Source: an uncultured virus (IMG/VR IMGVR_UViG_3300028393_000050) (lineage: Duplodnaviria; Heunggongvirae; Uroviricota; Caudoviricetes). From it: a DNA stretch of 64,000 nt. The DNA is taken from the IMG/VR virus record IMGVR_UViG_3300028393_000050, one strand, 5' to 3'. Below, in pieces: positions 8,088-17,298 of this stretch. Numbering within the stretch: the first letter of the stretch is position 1; every line of letters starts with the position of its first letter. The notes under the pieces were generated by a model. That model saw nothing but the letters and a program-made list of their open reading frames with translations, was not told where the DNA came from and made no database searches. The translations under genes and the position numbers were made by a program.

Positions 8088-8302
8088 TGCGCATTACCCG
8101 GGTACAGGCGTATCAAGCCCATCCGGTACCTAGTCACGTATATTATCCTCCCGAAGACCCGCTAGAGCCGGACATTACTGCTCAACCTGAATCTGTTGTT
8201 GAAGATGGGGATGAGGAGATTGAAGAGCGTTTATTTAGATGTAAGCATTGCAAAGAACTTGTGCTTGAATTTGATATAGAAGACCATGAGTGTGATGAAT
8301 AA
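8087..8302 (+). CDS. Small acidic Zn-finger protein
   Basis: CKHC...HEC; TAATG coupling. Confidence 0.65.
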   Translation: MRITRVQAYQAHPVPSHVYYPPEDPLEPDITAQPESVVEDGDEEIEERLFRCKHCKELVLEFDIEDHECDE

Positions 8303-8760
8303 TGCCTAAAAGTAATAATCCTTGGTCTAATAAAAGAAGAAATTCAGACCCTACCTCTAAGCAGTGGTTAGATATACTCACTAACGAAGAAAACCCTAAC
8401 GCACCCGCTGAAAACGGTGACTTTGAGGTAAATGATTCTTCATTAGAAATGCCTAATATGATGTCTACTACATCTACCAACCCAAAAAGACCAAGAACTG
8501 TAAAAGCAGGGTTTGACTATAAAAACTTTAAAATGATTGTAGTATTTCCAGATGGCACTTGGTGGCAGTATAATGGTGTTCCGGTACAAATGTGGGAAAA
8601 CTTTAAAGCTGCAGAATCTAAAGGAAGTTATATGCATACTTCTGGTTTAAACACTTGGCCGGATATGCATGAGTGTAATTTTGATGAGCTGTCTAAAGGG
8701 CAAAGAACTCAAATAAATGACATGAAAGACTATCTGAAATACATATACGAAGGAAAATAA
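8302..8760 (+). CDS. KTSC-domain protein
   Basis: GFD....MIVVFPDGTWWQYNGVP..MWENFKAAESKGSY. Confidence 0.75.
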   Translation: MPKSNNPWSNKRRNSDPTSKQWLDILTNEENPNAPAENGDFEVNDSSLEMPNMMSTTSTNPKRPRTVKAGFDYKNFKMIVVFPDGTWWQYNGVPVQMWENFKAAESKGSYMHTSGLNTWPDMHECNFDELSKGQRTQINDMKDYLKYIYEGK

Positions 8761-9015
8761 ATGCAATCAATTGGTTCACTATACGTTGACACTATTAAAC
8801 TAAAACACCCTATTTTTCCCATGTTTGAGTGGGGATGGAGTCAAGAAACCGAATACCCGTTTAGAGCAAGTAAAACTTGCTTAGTAATTTGGGTTCCCTT
8901 TGCTCCTCGAGGCTACGCCTTTGGTATTTGGGGTAATCCTGTGGACGAAGACGAAGCTTTGGGCAAAGTGTTGCGTAAAGTTGACATTTCTAGTGAGGAA
9001 ATTAAGAAATGGTAA
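8761..9015 (+). CDS. Hypothetical protein
   Basis: Abuts neighbours in operon. Confidence 0.65.
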   Translation: MQSIGSLYVDTIKLKHPIFPMFEWGWSQETEYPFRASKTCLVIWVPFAPRGYAFGIWGNPVDEDEALGKVLRKVDISSEEIKKW

Positions 9016-9254
9016 ACTTTAAGAAAAAATACTGGAATAAACCGTTTCCAGAAAAAATTGCTAAACGAGTAGCTCGCATACCTACATCTGATTTAACTGT
9101 GTGGGCAGAACAGACTTTATATGAGTTAGGTCGTCTCCTCAGCATATATGAGCGAAACCGTACACCCGAAGCTATTAAAGAATTAGTTACTAGCACTGAA
9201 GCGCTTCATGCTGTAATAGAAGAATTAAATAAAAGAACAAACCCTGGTTTATAA
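9009..9254 (+). CDS. Helical hypothetical protein upstream of terminase
   Basis: GAGGA RBS, overlap with upstream ORF. Confidence 0.65.
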   Translation: MVNFKKKYWNKPFPEKIAKRVARIPTSDLTVWAEQTLYELGRLLSIYERNRTPEAIKELVTSTEALHAVIEELNKRTNPGL

Positions 9255-9283
9255 AGTTTAATATTTATTTATGGTATCATTAA

Positions 9284-9352
9284 TAAGCCAACCTTCCTTC
9301 TCTCCCGTGTGGCGCTTAGTAACCCTGAGTCGTATCGGCTCAGGGTTACTTT
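9284..9352 (+). ncRNA. Candidate sRNA/leader: CU-rich-loop hairpin plus 15-bp hairpin
   Basis: TATCAT -10 at 9275; loop CCTTCCTTCTCTCCC; stem AGTAACCCTGAGTCG/CGGCTCAGGGTTACT. Confidence 0.45.
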
Positions 9353-9368
9353 ACTATTAAGGCATAAT

Positions 9369-10946
9369 ATGAATGAATATGATGATTTTGAAGAAATAGA
9401 CGAAAACTTTGAGGAACAAGTTGAGCCTTATGAAGAGCCGTATGATGACGGTTTAGATGAGTTATCTCGTGAGTTTGTTGACCAATTAATCGATAAGATT
9501 ATGATTTTTATGACCGCACTCGTTGGTCACCCACTTCGCCCTTACCAAGAGCCCTTAGCTCGTCGCATCATTGAATCGGTAGTAATTAACGAGGGTGAAG
9601 AAATTACTGCCCTTGCATCGCGTCAGTCGGGTAAATCTGAAACCGTTGCTGACACAGTAGCTGCACTTATGGTTATTCTTCCCCGCCTTGCCAAAATGTA
9701 CCCTGACCTACTAGGCCGTTTTAAAGACGGACTATGGGTAGGGTTATTTGCTCCTGTTGAAGGCCAGGCTGAAACCCTGTTCTCTCGTGTTATTTCCCGC
9801 CTTACCAGTGAACACGCACTAGCTGTGCTTGAAGACCCAGAGATTGATGATGAAGCCAAAAAAGTTGCTGGTGTTACCAAGCAAGTAAAACTTCTTAAAT
9901 CTAATTCCTCAGTTATGATGATGACCGCAAACCCTAGAGCCAAGATTGAGTCTAAGACATTCCACCTTATCGTTATTGATGAGTGTCAGGAAGCAGATGA
10001 CTTCATTGTGGCCAAGTCAATTGGTCCTATGCTTGCGTCTACCAACGGTACTATGGTAAAAACTGGTACTCCTACTACGCATAAAAATAACTTTTACCGC
10101 GCCATTCAACTCAACAAACGTCGCTCTACGGGTAGGGGTGGTAAGCAAAACCATTTCCAATGGGACTGGCGTGACGTAGCTAAAGCTAGCGATGATTACG
10201 GAAAATTTGTGCGTAAAGAGATGCTGCGTATTGGAGAAGACTCTGACGAATTTCAGATGTCTTATAACTGTAAATGGCTTCTAGAGCGCGGTATGTTTGT
10301 AACTTCCGGTGTTATGGATGAACTTGGAGACACTTCTCAAAAAACCGTGGAAGCTTGGCACCGTACGCCTGTCGTAGTAGGCATAGACCCTGCCCGTAAA
10401 ATGGACTCTACTGTGGTAACTGTAGTTTGGGTGGACTGGGATAGGCCGGATGAGTTTGGTTATTTTGACCATAGAGTGCTTAACTGGCTTGAGTTGCAAG
10501 GTGATGATTGGGAAGACCAGTATTTTCAGATTGTTAACTTTTTAGAAAATTACGACATTTTGTATGTGGGCGTAGACGCTAATGGTGTGGGAGACGCTGT
10601 AGCTCAGCGCCTTCGTTTGCTATTGCCTAGGGCAGAAGTTATTTCTGTGGGAAGTAGCCAGCAAGAGCAGTCTAAGCGCTGGAAGCACCTTAAGACACTT
10701 ATTGAACGTCGTTTAATTGGTTGGCCTGCTCATGCTAAAACTCGCGGATTGCGTAGATGGAAGCGATTCTACCAGCAGATGACCGACCTTGAAGTTAAGT
10801 TCCAAGGCCCCAACTTTCTTGCCCATGCCCCTGAAGAAGCACACGCCCATGATGACTTTGCCGATAGTTTAGCCATTGCTTGCGCTTTAACGATGGAACT
10901 TACAATGCCTAGCGTAGAAGTAAGCTCTTCACCATTTTTTAGATAA
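9369..10946 (+). CDS. terL: Terminase large subunit
   Basis: RPYQ, SRQSGKS Walker A, LIVIDE Walker B, GIDPA and HDD.ADSLA nuclease motifs; start refined to MNEY. Confidence 0.93.
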   Translation: MNEYDDFEEIDENFEEQVEPYEEPYDDGLDELSREFVDQLIDKIMIFMTALVGHPLRPYQEPLARRIIESVVINEGEEITALASRQSGKSETVADTVAALMVILPRLAKMYPDLLGRFKDGLWVGLFAPVEGQAETLFSRVISRLTSEHALAVLEDPEIDDEAKKVAGVTKQVKLLKSNSSVMMMTANPRAKIESKTFHLIVIDECQEADDFIVAKSIGPMLASTNGTMVKTGTPTTHKNNFYRAIQLNKRRSTGRGGKQNHFQWDWRDVAKASDDYGKFVRKEMLRIGEDSDEFQMSYNCKWLLERGMFVTSGVMDELGDTSQKTVEAWHRTPVVVGIDPARKMDSTVVTVVWVDWDRPDEFGYFDHRVLNWLELQGDDWEDQYFQIVNFLENYDILYVGVDANGVGDAVAQRLRLLLPRAEVISVGSSQQEQSKRWKHLKTLIERRLIGWPAHAKTRGLRRWKRFYQQMTDLEVKFQGPNFLAHAPEEAHAHDDFADSLAIACALTMELTMPSVEVSSSPFFR

Positions 10947-11024
10947 ATTACGTTTATCCTGTAAAAAATAGGTTTTCGTATAAAACTTGTATAGAGGCCT
11001 CAACCTTTTAATTAGGAGATATTA

Positions 11025-11423
11025 ATGTCACTTGCACCAGACCCACAGTTCCCAGAACGTGCCCCACTAACTTACGACAGTAAGATAGCTGCAGCAATCC
11101 CTGGCCAGCGCGGACCACTTCGTTTTGAAGAAGGCGTCGCGACAGACACAGACGTACCAAACGAGTTTATGCTCGGAGCACAGCAGGGTTACTCTCCTGC
11201 TCCTGGTCGTCCAAACCGTAATGCCCCTGTGCACACCAAGACTGCTGAAGAAACTATGAGCGAACGTGCTCACGTCGGTTCAGCTGCATGGGTGGAATCA
11301 CAAGATTACCTAGGTGAATTCTCAGGCGCAGCCTTTGAAGACCACGGCTCAAACGTATACGAGACTGTTGTCCGTAACGGTGGCCGTCAGCAGCACCCGA
11401 ACCCTGCTCAGGTTCAAGACTAG
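11025..11423 (+). CDS. Hypothetical virion-module protein
   Basis: AGGAG RBS; between terminase and portal. Confidence 0.75.
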   Translation: MSLAPDPQFPERAPLTYDSKIAAAIPGQRGPLRFEEGVATDTDVPNEFMLGAQQGYSPAPGRPNRNAPVHTKTAEETMSERAHVGSAAWVESQDYLGEFSGAAFEDHGSNVYETVVRNGGRQQHPNPAQVQD

Positions 11424-11499
11424 GTAAAAAATTCTCGAACCCCCGTACCTCACTGATGATGGCGTACGGGTGGTTTGAGTACTTTTAAGGCGGTGAATT

Positions 11500-11817
11500 A
11501 TGGCTCTCGTTAAGGGTCAAGAAGTAAAAGAGACGCCCCAACAATACCCTGCTAATCCGCGTCTTTGGAACTTAATTACTACTCAAGCAAAAACTCGTTT
11601 TGCTAAGTACCCATCACCGGCTGCCGCTCACTGGGTACACTCTAAGTATGAACAACTTGGCGGACAGTTTGTGGATTCTAAAAAACAAATTGACCCTCGT
11701 ATGCGCGATCGTGCACAAGAAGCTATGGATAAAAAAGAAGAGCAAGCAAAAAATTCGATTCAAAAAGACGTAAATAAGAAAGTAACTAAAAAGGTTAATA
11801 AGCCGATTGCTAAATAG
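11500..11817 (+). CDS. Hypothetical basic protein
   Basis: YPSPAAAHWV..YEQLGG motif, RBS. Confidence 0.7.
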   Translation: MALVKGQEVKETPQQYPANPRLWNLITTQAKTRFAKYPSPAAAHWVHSKYEQLGGQFVDSKKQIDPRMRDRAQEAMDKKEEQAKNSIQKDVNKKVTKKVNKPIAK

Positions 11818-11892
11818 TAATACCGTAAAAAAATAAGCCAACTATGCGTTACACTATAACTATCATTAAACTTACTGAAGGCGCTTTATAGC

Positions 11893-13623
11893 ATGTCGAT
11901 TGACTTTTCCCCACCGTCATATAGAGCCGCATCATCTGACCTTACAATCAGCATCTCCCCTTTGGGTCTTGTAGAACTTGCTGATGAAGAATTTGAGGTC
12001 CACGGCCCTCGTCTAAATCGTTACAGCCTTAACTGGGCTATGTACCTAGGCCACCACACATCTTTCCGCCGCCAAGCCGGTGAACCATCTATTGTTCTTA
12101 ATTACTACCGTGCTTTTACTGATTTTATTATCAATTTTACATTTAGCAAAGGCCTACAATTTCGTAGCGTTAAAGCCACCGAAGCTATTGTACCTGCGCT
12201 TTTAGAACGTGTTTGGGAAGTAGATAATAATAAAGCTACTGTACTTTGGGAAATTGGCCAACAGGGTGGCGTATCAGGAGACTGCTTTATTAAAGTAGCT
12301 TACGAAGAAGGTTATGAAGATTCCGTTGGCGGTGTCCACCCAGGCCGTGTTCGTATTCTCCCACTTAACTCCTCTTTTGCTTTTCCTGAGTTTCACCCTC
12401 ACGACCGTGAACGTTTAATCAGGTTTAAACTTAAATACCGTTTCTGGGGTACATCCCTAGAAGGTACCCGTCAGGTGTACACCTACACTGAAATTCTTAC
12501 TGAAGACAGCATTGAAGAGTACATCAATGATGAGATGATTGATTCTCGACCAAATCCTTTGGGTATTATTCCTATTATCCATATTGCTAACGTTCGTGTA
12601 TCAGGTTCTCCTTGGGGACTTTCTGACTGTAACGAAATGATTAGCATTAACCGAGTTTACAATGAGACTGCCACAGACATTGCAGACATCATTAACTACC
12701 ACTCAGCCCCTGTTACTGTAATTATTGGTGCTAAAGCCTCTCAGTTAGAAAAAGGTGCTAACAAAGTTTGGGGTGGGCTACCAAAAGACGCTCGTGTAGA
12801 AAATCTTGAAGGTGGAGGCCAAGGCCTAAAGGGCGCTATGGACTTCATGGCTCAACTGAAAAAAGCTATGCATGAAATGGTTGGTGTACCTGAGTCTGCT
12901 CTCGGACAAGCTATGCCAGTGTCCAACACTTCAGGTGTTGCGCTTTCCATCATGTTCCAGCCTTTGATGAACCGCTACCACCAAAAGATTGTGCAATATG
13001 CGCACGGTGTTGAGCGCGTTAATGAGTTAATTCTTCGCACACTTGCGCTAAAAGAACCAGAGACATTTACACTTAACCTTGATGTAGAGACTACTCCAAA
13101 GCTTAACCAACTGGTTCAGTTAGACCCTAACGACCCAGAGACTTACAGAACTTATGCTCACTTCCCTCCACCGCTACCTTTGGACAAATTGATTGTATTG
13201 AACGAAGTCCAGTCATTGCTATCTCTTGGTTTGCAGTCTAAAGAAGGCGCTTTGCGCGACCTTGGCGAAGAATTCCCTGAGTCTAAACTTCAGGAAATTC
13301 GTAAAGAACTTATTGATGATGCTATTGCCGATGGTGCTCTACGCCTTGTACAAACTGAAATTGAGCAAGAAATTGCATCTATGACAGGACAACTAGGTAT
13401 GGCTGACGGCACTACAGCGGGAGGTGGGGCTACTCCAGGAGCCGCTGCCCCAGGTCCTATGGGCGGTGCTCCAGGTGCTGGTGAACCTATGGCTCCTACC
13501 CTTGACCCACAAACCCTAGATAACCTTGCATTAGGAGAGTCTGAACTTAGAACCAGACTTGTTACAGAAGCTTATGGAACAAAATTACCTAGTAGACAAA
13601 TTCCACAAGATTATACAAAATAA
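11893..13623 (+). CDS. Portal protein (SPP1 gp6-like)
   Basis: NPLGIIPIIHIAN..GSPWGLSD, SGVAL motifs; position. Confidence 0.9.
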   Translation: MSIDFSPPSYRAASSDLTISISPLGLVELADEEFEVHGPRLNRYSLNWAMYLGHHTSFRRQAGEPSIVLNYYRAFTDFIINFTFSKGLQFRSVKATEAIVPALLERVWEVDNNKATVLWEIGQQGGVSGDCFIKVAYEEGYEDSVGGVHPGRVRILPLNSSFAFPEFHPHDRERLIRFKLKYRFWGTSLEGTRQVYTYTEILTEDSIEEYINDEMIDSRPNPLGIIPIIHIANVRVSGSPWGLSDCNEMISINRVYNETATDIADIINYHSAPVTVIIGAKASQLEKGANKVWGGLPKDARVENLEGGGQGLKGAMDFMAQLKKAMHEMVGVPESALGQAMPVSNTSGVALSIMFQPLMNRYHQKIVQYAHGVERVNELILRTLALKEPETFTLNLDVETTPKLNQLVQLDPNDPETYRTYAHFPPPLPLDKLIVLNEVQSLLSLGLQSKEGALRDLGEEFPESKLQEIRKELIDDAIADGALRLVQTEIEQEIASMTGQLGMADGTTAGGGATPGAAAPGPMGGAPGAGEPMAPTLDPQTLDNLALGESELRTRLVTEAYGTKLPSRQIPQDYTK

Positions 13624-13751
13624 TTTAGATTTAGCAACAAAAACGCAGTAGAACGCGTAAAACTTAATATTGACAACATATACGTGCGGCTACATGTGCT
13701 ACGTGTCTAAAGACACATTCGGAAAACGCCCTAGAGAAATTAAGGATATAC

Positions 13752-14555
13752 ATGAGTACAACAGAATCACAACTAAATGCTGAAGCCTTTCAGGCAGAAG
13801 CAGGAGTAGTTCCAACAGTAGCAACGCCTGACGCTGATGCGTCAATTGCTACGTCAGTATCTTCTACCGATGTACCTGCAACAAACAGCCGAGTCTACAC
13901 AGACGAGGATTTGTCTAAGGTTCGTACGCAGGAAAAAGATAAGCTTTACCCACAGATTGATGCACTAAAGACTGAACTTGCAGAGATTAAACGTCAACGC
14001 GAAGAAGAATTGGCAGCAAAACGTGCGGAGGAAGAGGCTCGTGCCGCTGAAGAGCGTGTAAAGGCCGAAGCTGACATGGACGTTCGTGACCTTCTTAAAC
14101 AGAAGGAAGGCGAATGGCGAGAGCAATTGGAGCGTGAGCGTCAAGAACGCGAACGCGCATTTGTTGAGTTGGACCGTGAAAGGCAGTACTCAGAACTTAC
14201 CAGCTATAGGCAGCAATTGCTTGAAGCTGAGCGGGAGAACATTATTCCCGAACTATTGGACCTTGTAACGGGTAACACCCCGGAAGAGGTCAGTGCGAGT
14301 ATCGAAGGCTTGAAAGAGCGTTCTTCTCGTATCCTTGATTCGGCACAGGCAGCGATGCAGAATGCCCGCAAGGAAATGACGGGTAGTCGGGTAACCGCGC
14401 CACCCACCGGACCATTGGATATCAATTCGGAACAACGTACACTCACGGCCCAAGAAATTGCAGCCATGCCGATGAACGAATACGCACAATATCGTCAACG
14501 TCTTTTGAGCGACAAGGCTCGTGGACGCGGACAGGGTTTGTTCGGGAACCCATAA
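13752..14555 (+). CDS. Capsid scaffolding protein
   Basis: Long E/R/K coiled coil, C-terminal M..NEYAQYR helix, just before MCP. Confidence 0.85.
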   Translation: MSTTESQLNAEAFQAEAGVVPTVATPDADASIATSVSSTDVPATNSRVYTDEDLSKVRTQEKDKLYPQIDALKTELAEIKRQREEELAAKRAEEEARAAEERVKAEADMDVRDLLKQKEGEWREQLERERQERERAFVELDRERQYSELTSYRQQLLEAERENIIPELLDLVTGNTPEEVSASIEGLKERSSRILDSAQAAMQNARKEMTGSRVTAPPTGPLDINSEQRTLTAQEIAAMPMNEYAQYRQRLLSDKARGRGQGLFGNP

Positions 14556-14591
14556 AACTAACAACGTCAATTTAATTTAGGAGCCCTACAA

Positions 14592-15680
14592 ATGGCATCA
14601 GGTATTACAGGTACCGGCAATCTAGCTGCCGCGCCAACCTCGTACTCAGGTACAAACACCCAGCTAACTCAGGCGATTCAGCAAATCTGGTCAAAGGAAA
14701 TCCTTTTCCAGGCTATGCCGATTCTTCGCTTTGAGCAGTTCGCAGTTAAGAAGACAGAACTTGGTGTTGCACCAGGTCTTCAGATTAACTTCCTGCGTTA
14801 CAACAACCTAGGCTTCGCTTCGGCGCTTGTCGAAGGTGTTCGTATGCAGACCAATGCACTAACAGCACAGCAGTTCTCAATCACAGTTTCAGAGCACGGC
14901 TACGCACTTGCAGTTTCAGAGCTATTGCTAAACGCATCTTTCGATGATGTTATGGCTTCAGCTTCTCGTCTGCTTGGACGTAACATGGCTCTATACCTAG
15001 ACAAGCTAAGCCGCGACACCCTATACGGAGCGACTTCTCAAATCTGGGGTGAAGACCGTACAAACATGCAGCTTATTTCCGGCGGAACTGGTAACTTCAA
15101 CCAGTACGGTTATGGTACAAACGGTAATGGAAACGCTTCTATGACTGGTACCTTCCACTTGACTCCACGTACCGTTAAGGATGCAGTCGAGCAGCTATCA
15201 ACCAAGAACATTCCAAGACTAGGTGAAACTTATGTTGCATTCGTTCACCCTCACCAGTCACGTCGTCTACGCGACACTGCTGAGTTTATCGAAGTAACTA
15301 AGTACGCTGCTCCTGGTAACTTCATGCTAGGTGAAATTGGACGTCTATACGACACCGTATTCATCGAAACAACCCAGGTTCGTAAGGTAACTAACGGTGC
15401 CGGTACAAGTTGGTCTGCTGATACAGCTGTTTCCAACCCTACTCCAGCTGCTGGTGGTGGTTACATTAGCCCTGCTGAATACACCGGTAACGGTAACTCA
15501 GACCGCTATGACGCTATCTTCATCGGAGACAACGCATTCGGTCACGCTATCTCACTTCCAGTTGAGCTTCGTGATGGTGGTATTCTAGACTTCGGTCGTG
15601 AGCACGCACTAGCATGGTACTCGATCTTCGGTCTTGGTCTAATTACTGACCAGGCTGTAATCGTAGCCTCAACAAACTAA
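14592..15680 (+). CDS. Major capsid protein (N4-gp56-like)
   Basis: LRFEQFA, YVAFVHP.Q, GEIGRL, DFGR..AWY; strong codon bias. Confidence 0.92.
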   Translation: MASGITGTGNLAAAPTSYSGTNTQLTQAIQQIWSKEILFQAMPILRFEQFAVKKTELGVAPGLQINFLRYNNLGFASALVEGVRMQTNALTAQQFSITVSEHGYALAVSELLLNASFDDVMASASRLLGRNMALYLDKLSRDTLYGATSQIWGEDRTNMQLISGGTGNFNQYGYGTNGNGNASMTGTFHLTPRTVKDAVEQLSTKNIPRLGETYVAFVHPHQSRRLRDTAEFIEVTKYAAPGNFMLGEIGRLYDTVFIETTQVRKVTNGAGTSWSADTAVSNPTPAAGGGYISPAEYTGNGNSDRYDAIFIGDNAFGHAISLPVELRDGGILDFGREHALAWYSIFGLGLITDQAVIVASTN

Positions 15681-15687
15681 TTGTGCT

Positions 15688-15714
15688 AGGGGGGTCAGCA
15701 ATGGCCCCCCTTTT
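15688..15714 (+). terminator. Terminator after MCP
   Basis: GGGGGGTCA-GCAA-TGGCCCCCC-TTTT. Confidence 0.75.
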
Positions 15715-15757
15715 ACAACCCCCCGCAATACCGAGACACTAATTAGGAGAATACCCC

Positions 15758-16126
15758 GTGGCAACACAAAAAAAACCGGCTGACTTTACTGGTCGCCAAA
15801 GAGATGCCCTCGTCGCACAGCAGTTAGATGACCAAGCAAGTCGCACAAGCGAACTTGCAATGGCTACTGCCGAAGCTGCTATTAAAGTAGAGACGGAAGT
15901 AATTAACGCTACAGAGCCGAATCGTGCTCAGCCAATCGTAGTTGATGAAGTGGTTAAGAGCAAAGAACAGAACTCCACAGTAACTATCCGCGTGTCGGAT
16001 ACTATTGAGTCTATGACGTTTGGTGCTGGAAACTACTACAGCTTTAAGGCTGGACAAAAGTACGAAGTTACTCCAGAAATTGCTGCTCACCTTGAACTAA
16101 AAGGTTACGTTTCACAGCGATTCTAA
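15758..16126 (+). CDS. Head-associated hypothetical protein
   Basis: AGGAG RBS, GTG start. Confidence 0.7.
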   Translation: MATQKKPADFTGRQRDALVAQQLDDQASRTSELAMATAEAAIKVETEVINATEPNRAQPIVVDEVVKSKEQNSTVTIRVSDTIESMTFGAGNYYSFKAGQKYEVTPEIAAHLELKGYVSQRF

Positions 16127-16137
16127 GATTTACTTTA

Positions 16138-16173
16138 GACGGGGCAGCGGGCTTAGTGCCCGCTGTTTCGTTT
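16138..16173 (+). terminator. Hairpin terminator
   Basis: GCAGCGGGC-TTAGT-GCCCGCTGT-TTCGTTT. Confidence 0.6.
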
Positions 16174-16239
16174 ATCCAGACTTTTTGTAAGTTATAAGTC
16201 ATCATAGAAGTGAATAATTTTTGTTAGGTTGGGCTCATT

Positions 16240-17298
16240 ATGGCTGTATTAGCAGACCTTTTATCAAGGGTTCGTGTTGAACTAAACGACCAATCTCGAC
16301 AGTTTACTAAAACTTTTACTGCTGATGGCGTTACTAAAGACTTTGTCACTGGCTATAAGCCACTTGATACAACCACATTGATGGTTAAAGATAACAGCAC
16401 AGTACTTACTAATCCAACTACTTACACTGTTGAGCCTATTTTTGGAGCTATCCACACAGTAACTGCCCCTGTAGCAGGGCACGTTTTAACTGTTACCGGA
16501 AATGTTTATAGGTACTTTACTGATGACCAGTTAACATACTATGTTACTACTGCGCTTTTACAACACACAAATAACCGCACAGACAGCTTTAACAGGGCCA
16601 TAACCGTTGATACCCTACCTGAGATAGAAGCATACCCTGTAATCCTCCTAGCGACCGTAGAAGCCCTCTGGGCCCTGGCTACGGATGCAGCCTTTGATAT
16701 TAATATTCAGGCTCCTGATGGCGTTACAATCCCTCGTAGCCAAAGGTTTAGTCAACTTAGCGCAATTATTGAATCCCGCAAAGAACAGTACCGTACTCTA
16801 TGTTCTGCTCTTAATATTGGTGTTTGGCGAATTGAAATAGGAAGCCTACGTAGAGTGAGCCGTACTACTAATAAACTTGTTCCTCTTTATGTGCCTCAAG
16901 AAATTGACGATTCTACTAGCCCAGAACGCGTCTATATGCAAAACGATTTAAACGGCCGTACGGTAATTGCTAGCAATGTGCCTATCTACGACATAGTTAT
17001 GATGCAGGGAGACAACTACTCAGTTATCTTAGACTTCCCTGACAGCCTTGACTTTACAACGCTAACGTTTAAAGCTCAGATTAGGACTTATCCAGGTTCG
17101 CCTACGCTTTGGGCTGCATTCACAGTAGCCGTATATGACTCAGGGTTAAAGAAACTACAGTTAAGTTTGCCGGGTACAACCACCGCTAATCTTCCTGTTC
17201 GTTCTTTCTGGGATATCCAAGCTACTTCTTCAGTAGATTCAAGCGTTACTACTTATCTTCGCGGACAGGTATTTACCTCTAGGCAGGTAACTCAGTAA
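16240..17298 (+). CDS. Head-to-tail adaptor with appended beta domains
   Basis: LL.RVR.EL.D start, YFTDDQL motif, C-terminal QGD...AQIR...WDIQ domain. Confidence 0.65.
   Translation: MAVLADLLSRVRVELNDQSRQFTKTFTADGVTKDFVTGYKPLDTTTLMVKDNSTVLTNPTTYTVEPIFGAIHTVTAPVAGHVLTVTGNVYRYFTDDQLTYYVTTALLQHTNNRTDSFNRAITVDTLPEIEAYPVILLATVEALWALATDAAFDINIQAPDGVTIPRSQRFSQLSAIIESRKEQYRTLCSALNIGVWRIEIGSLRRVSRTTNKLVPLYVPQEIDDSTSPERVYMQNDLNGRTVIASNVPIYDIVMMQGDNYSVILDFPDSLDFTTLTFKAQIRTYPGSPTLWAAFTVAVYDSGLKKLQLSLPGTTTANLPVRSFWDIQATSSVDSSVTTYLRGQVFTSRQVTQ

Noticed and set aside
9309..9368. N-terminal extension of terminase from GTG 9309
   Set aside because: Runs through a strong hairpin with no RBS; ATG 9369 preferred
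11434..11479. Hairpin with CTGATGA in loop as hammerhead
   Set aside because: No GAAA partner strand; more likely a processing or terminator hairpin
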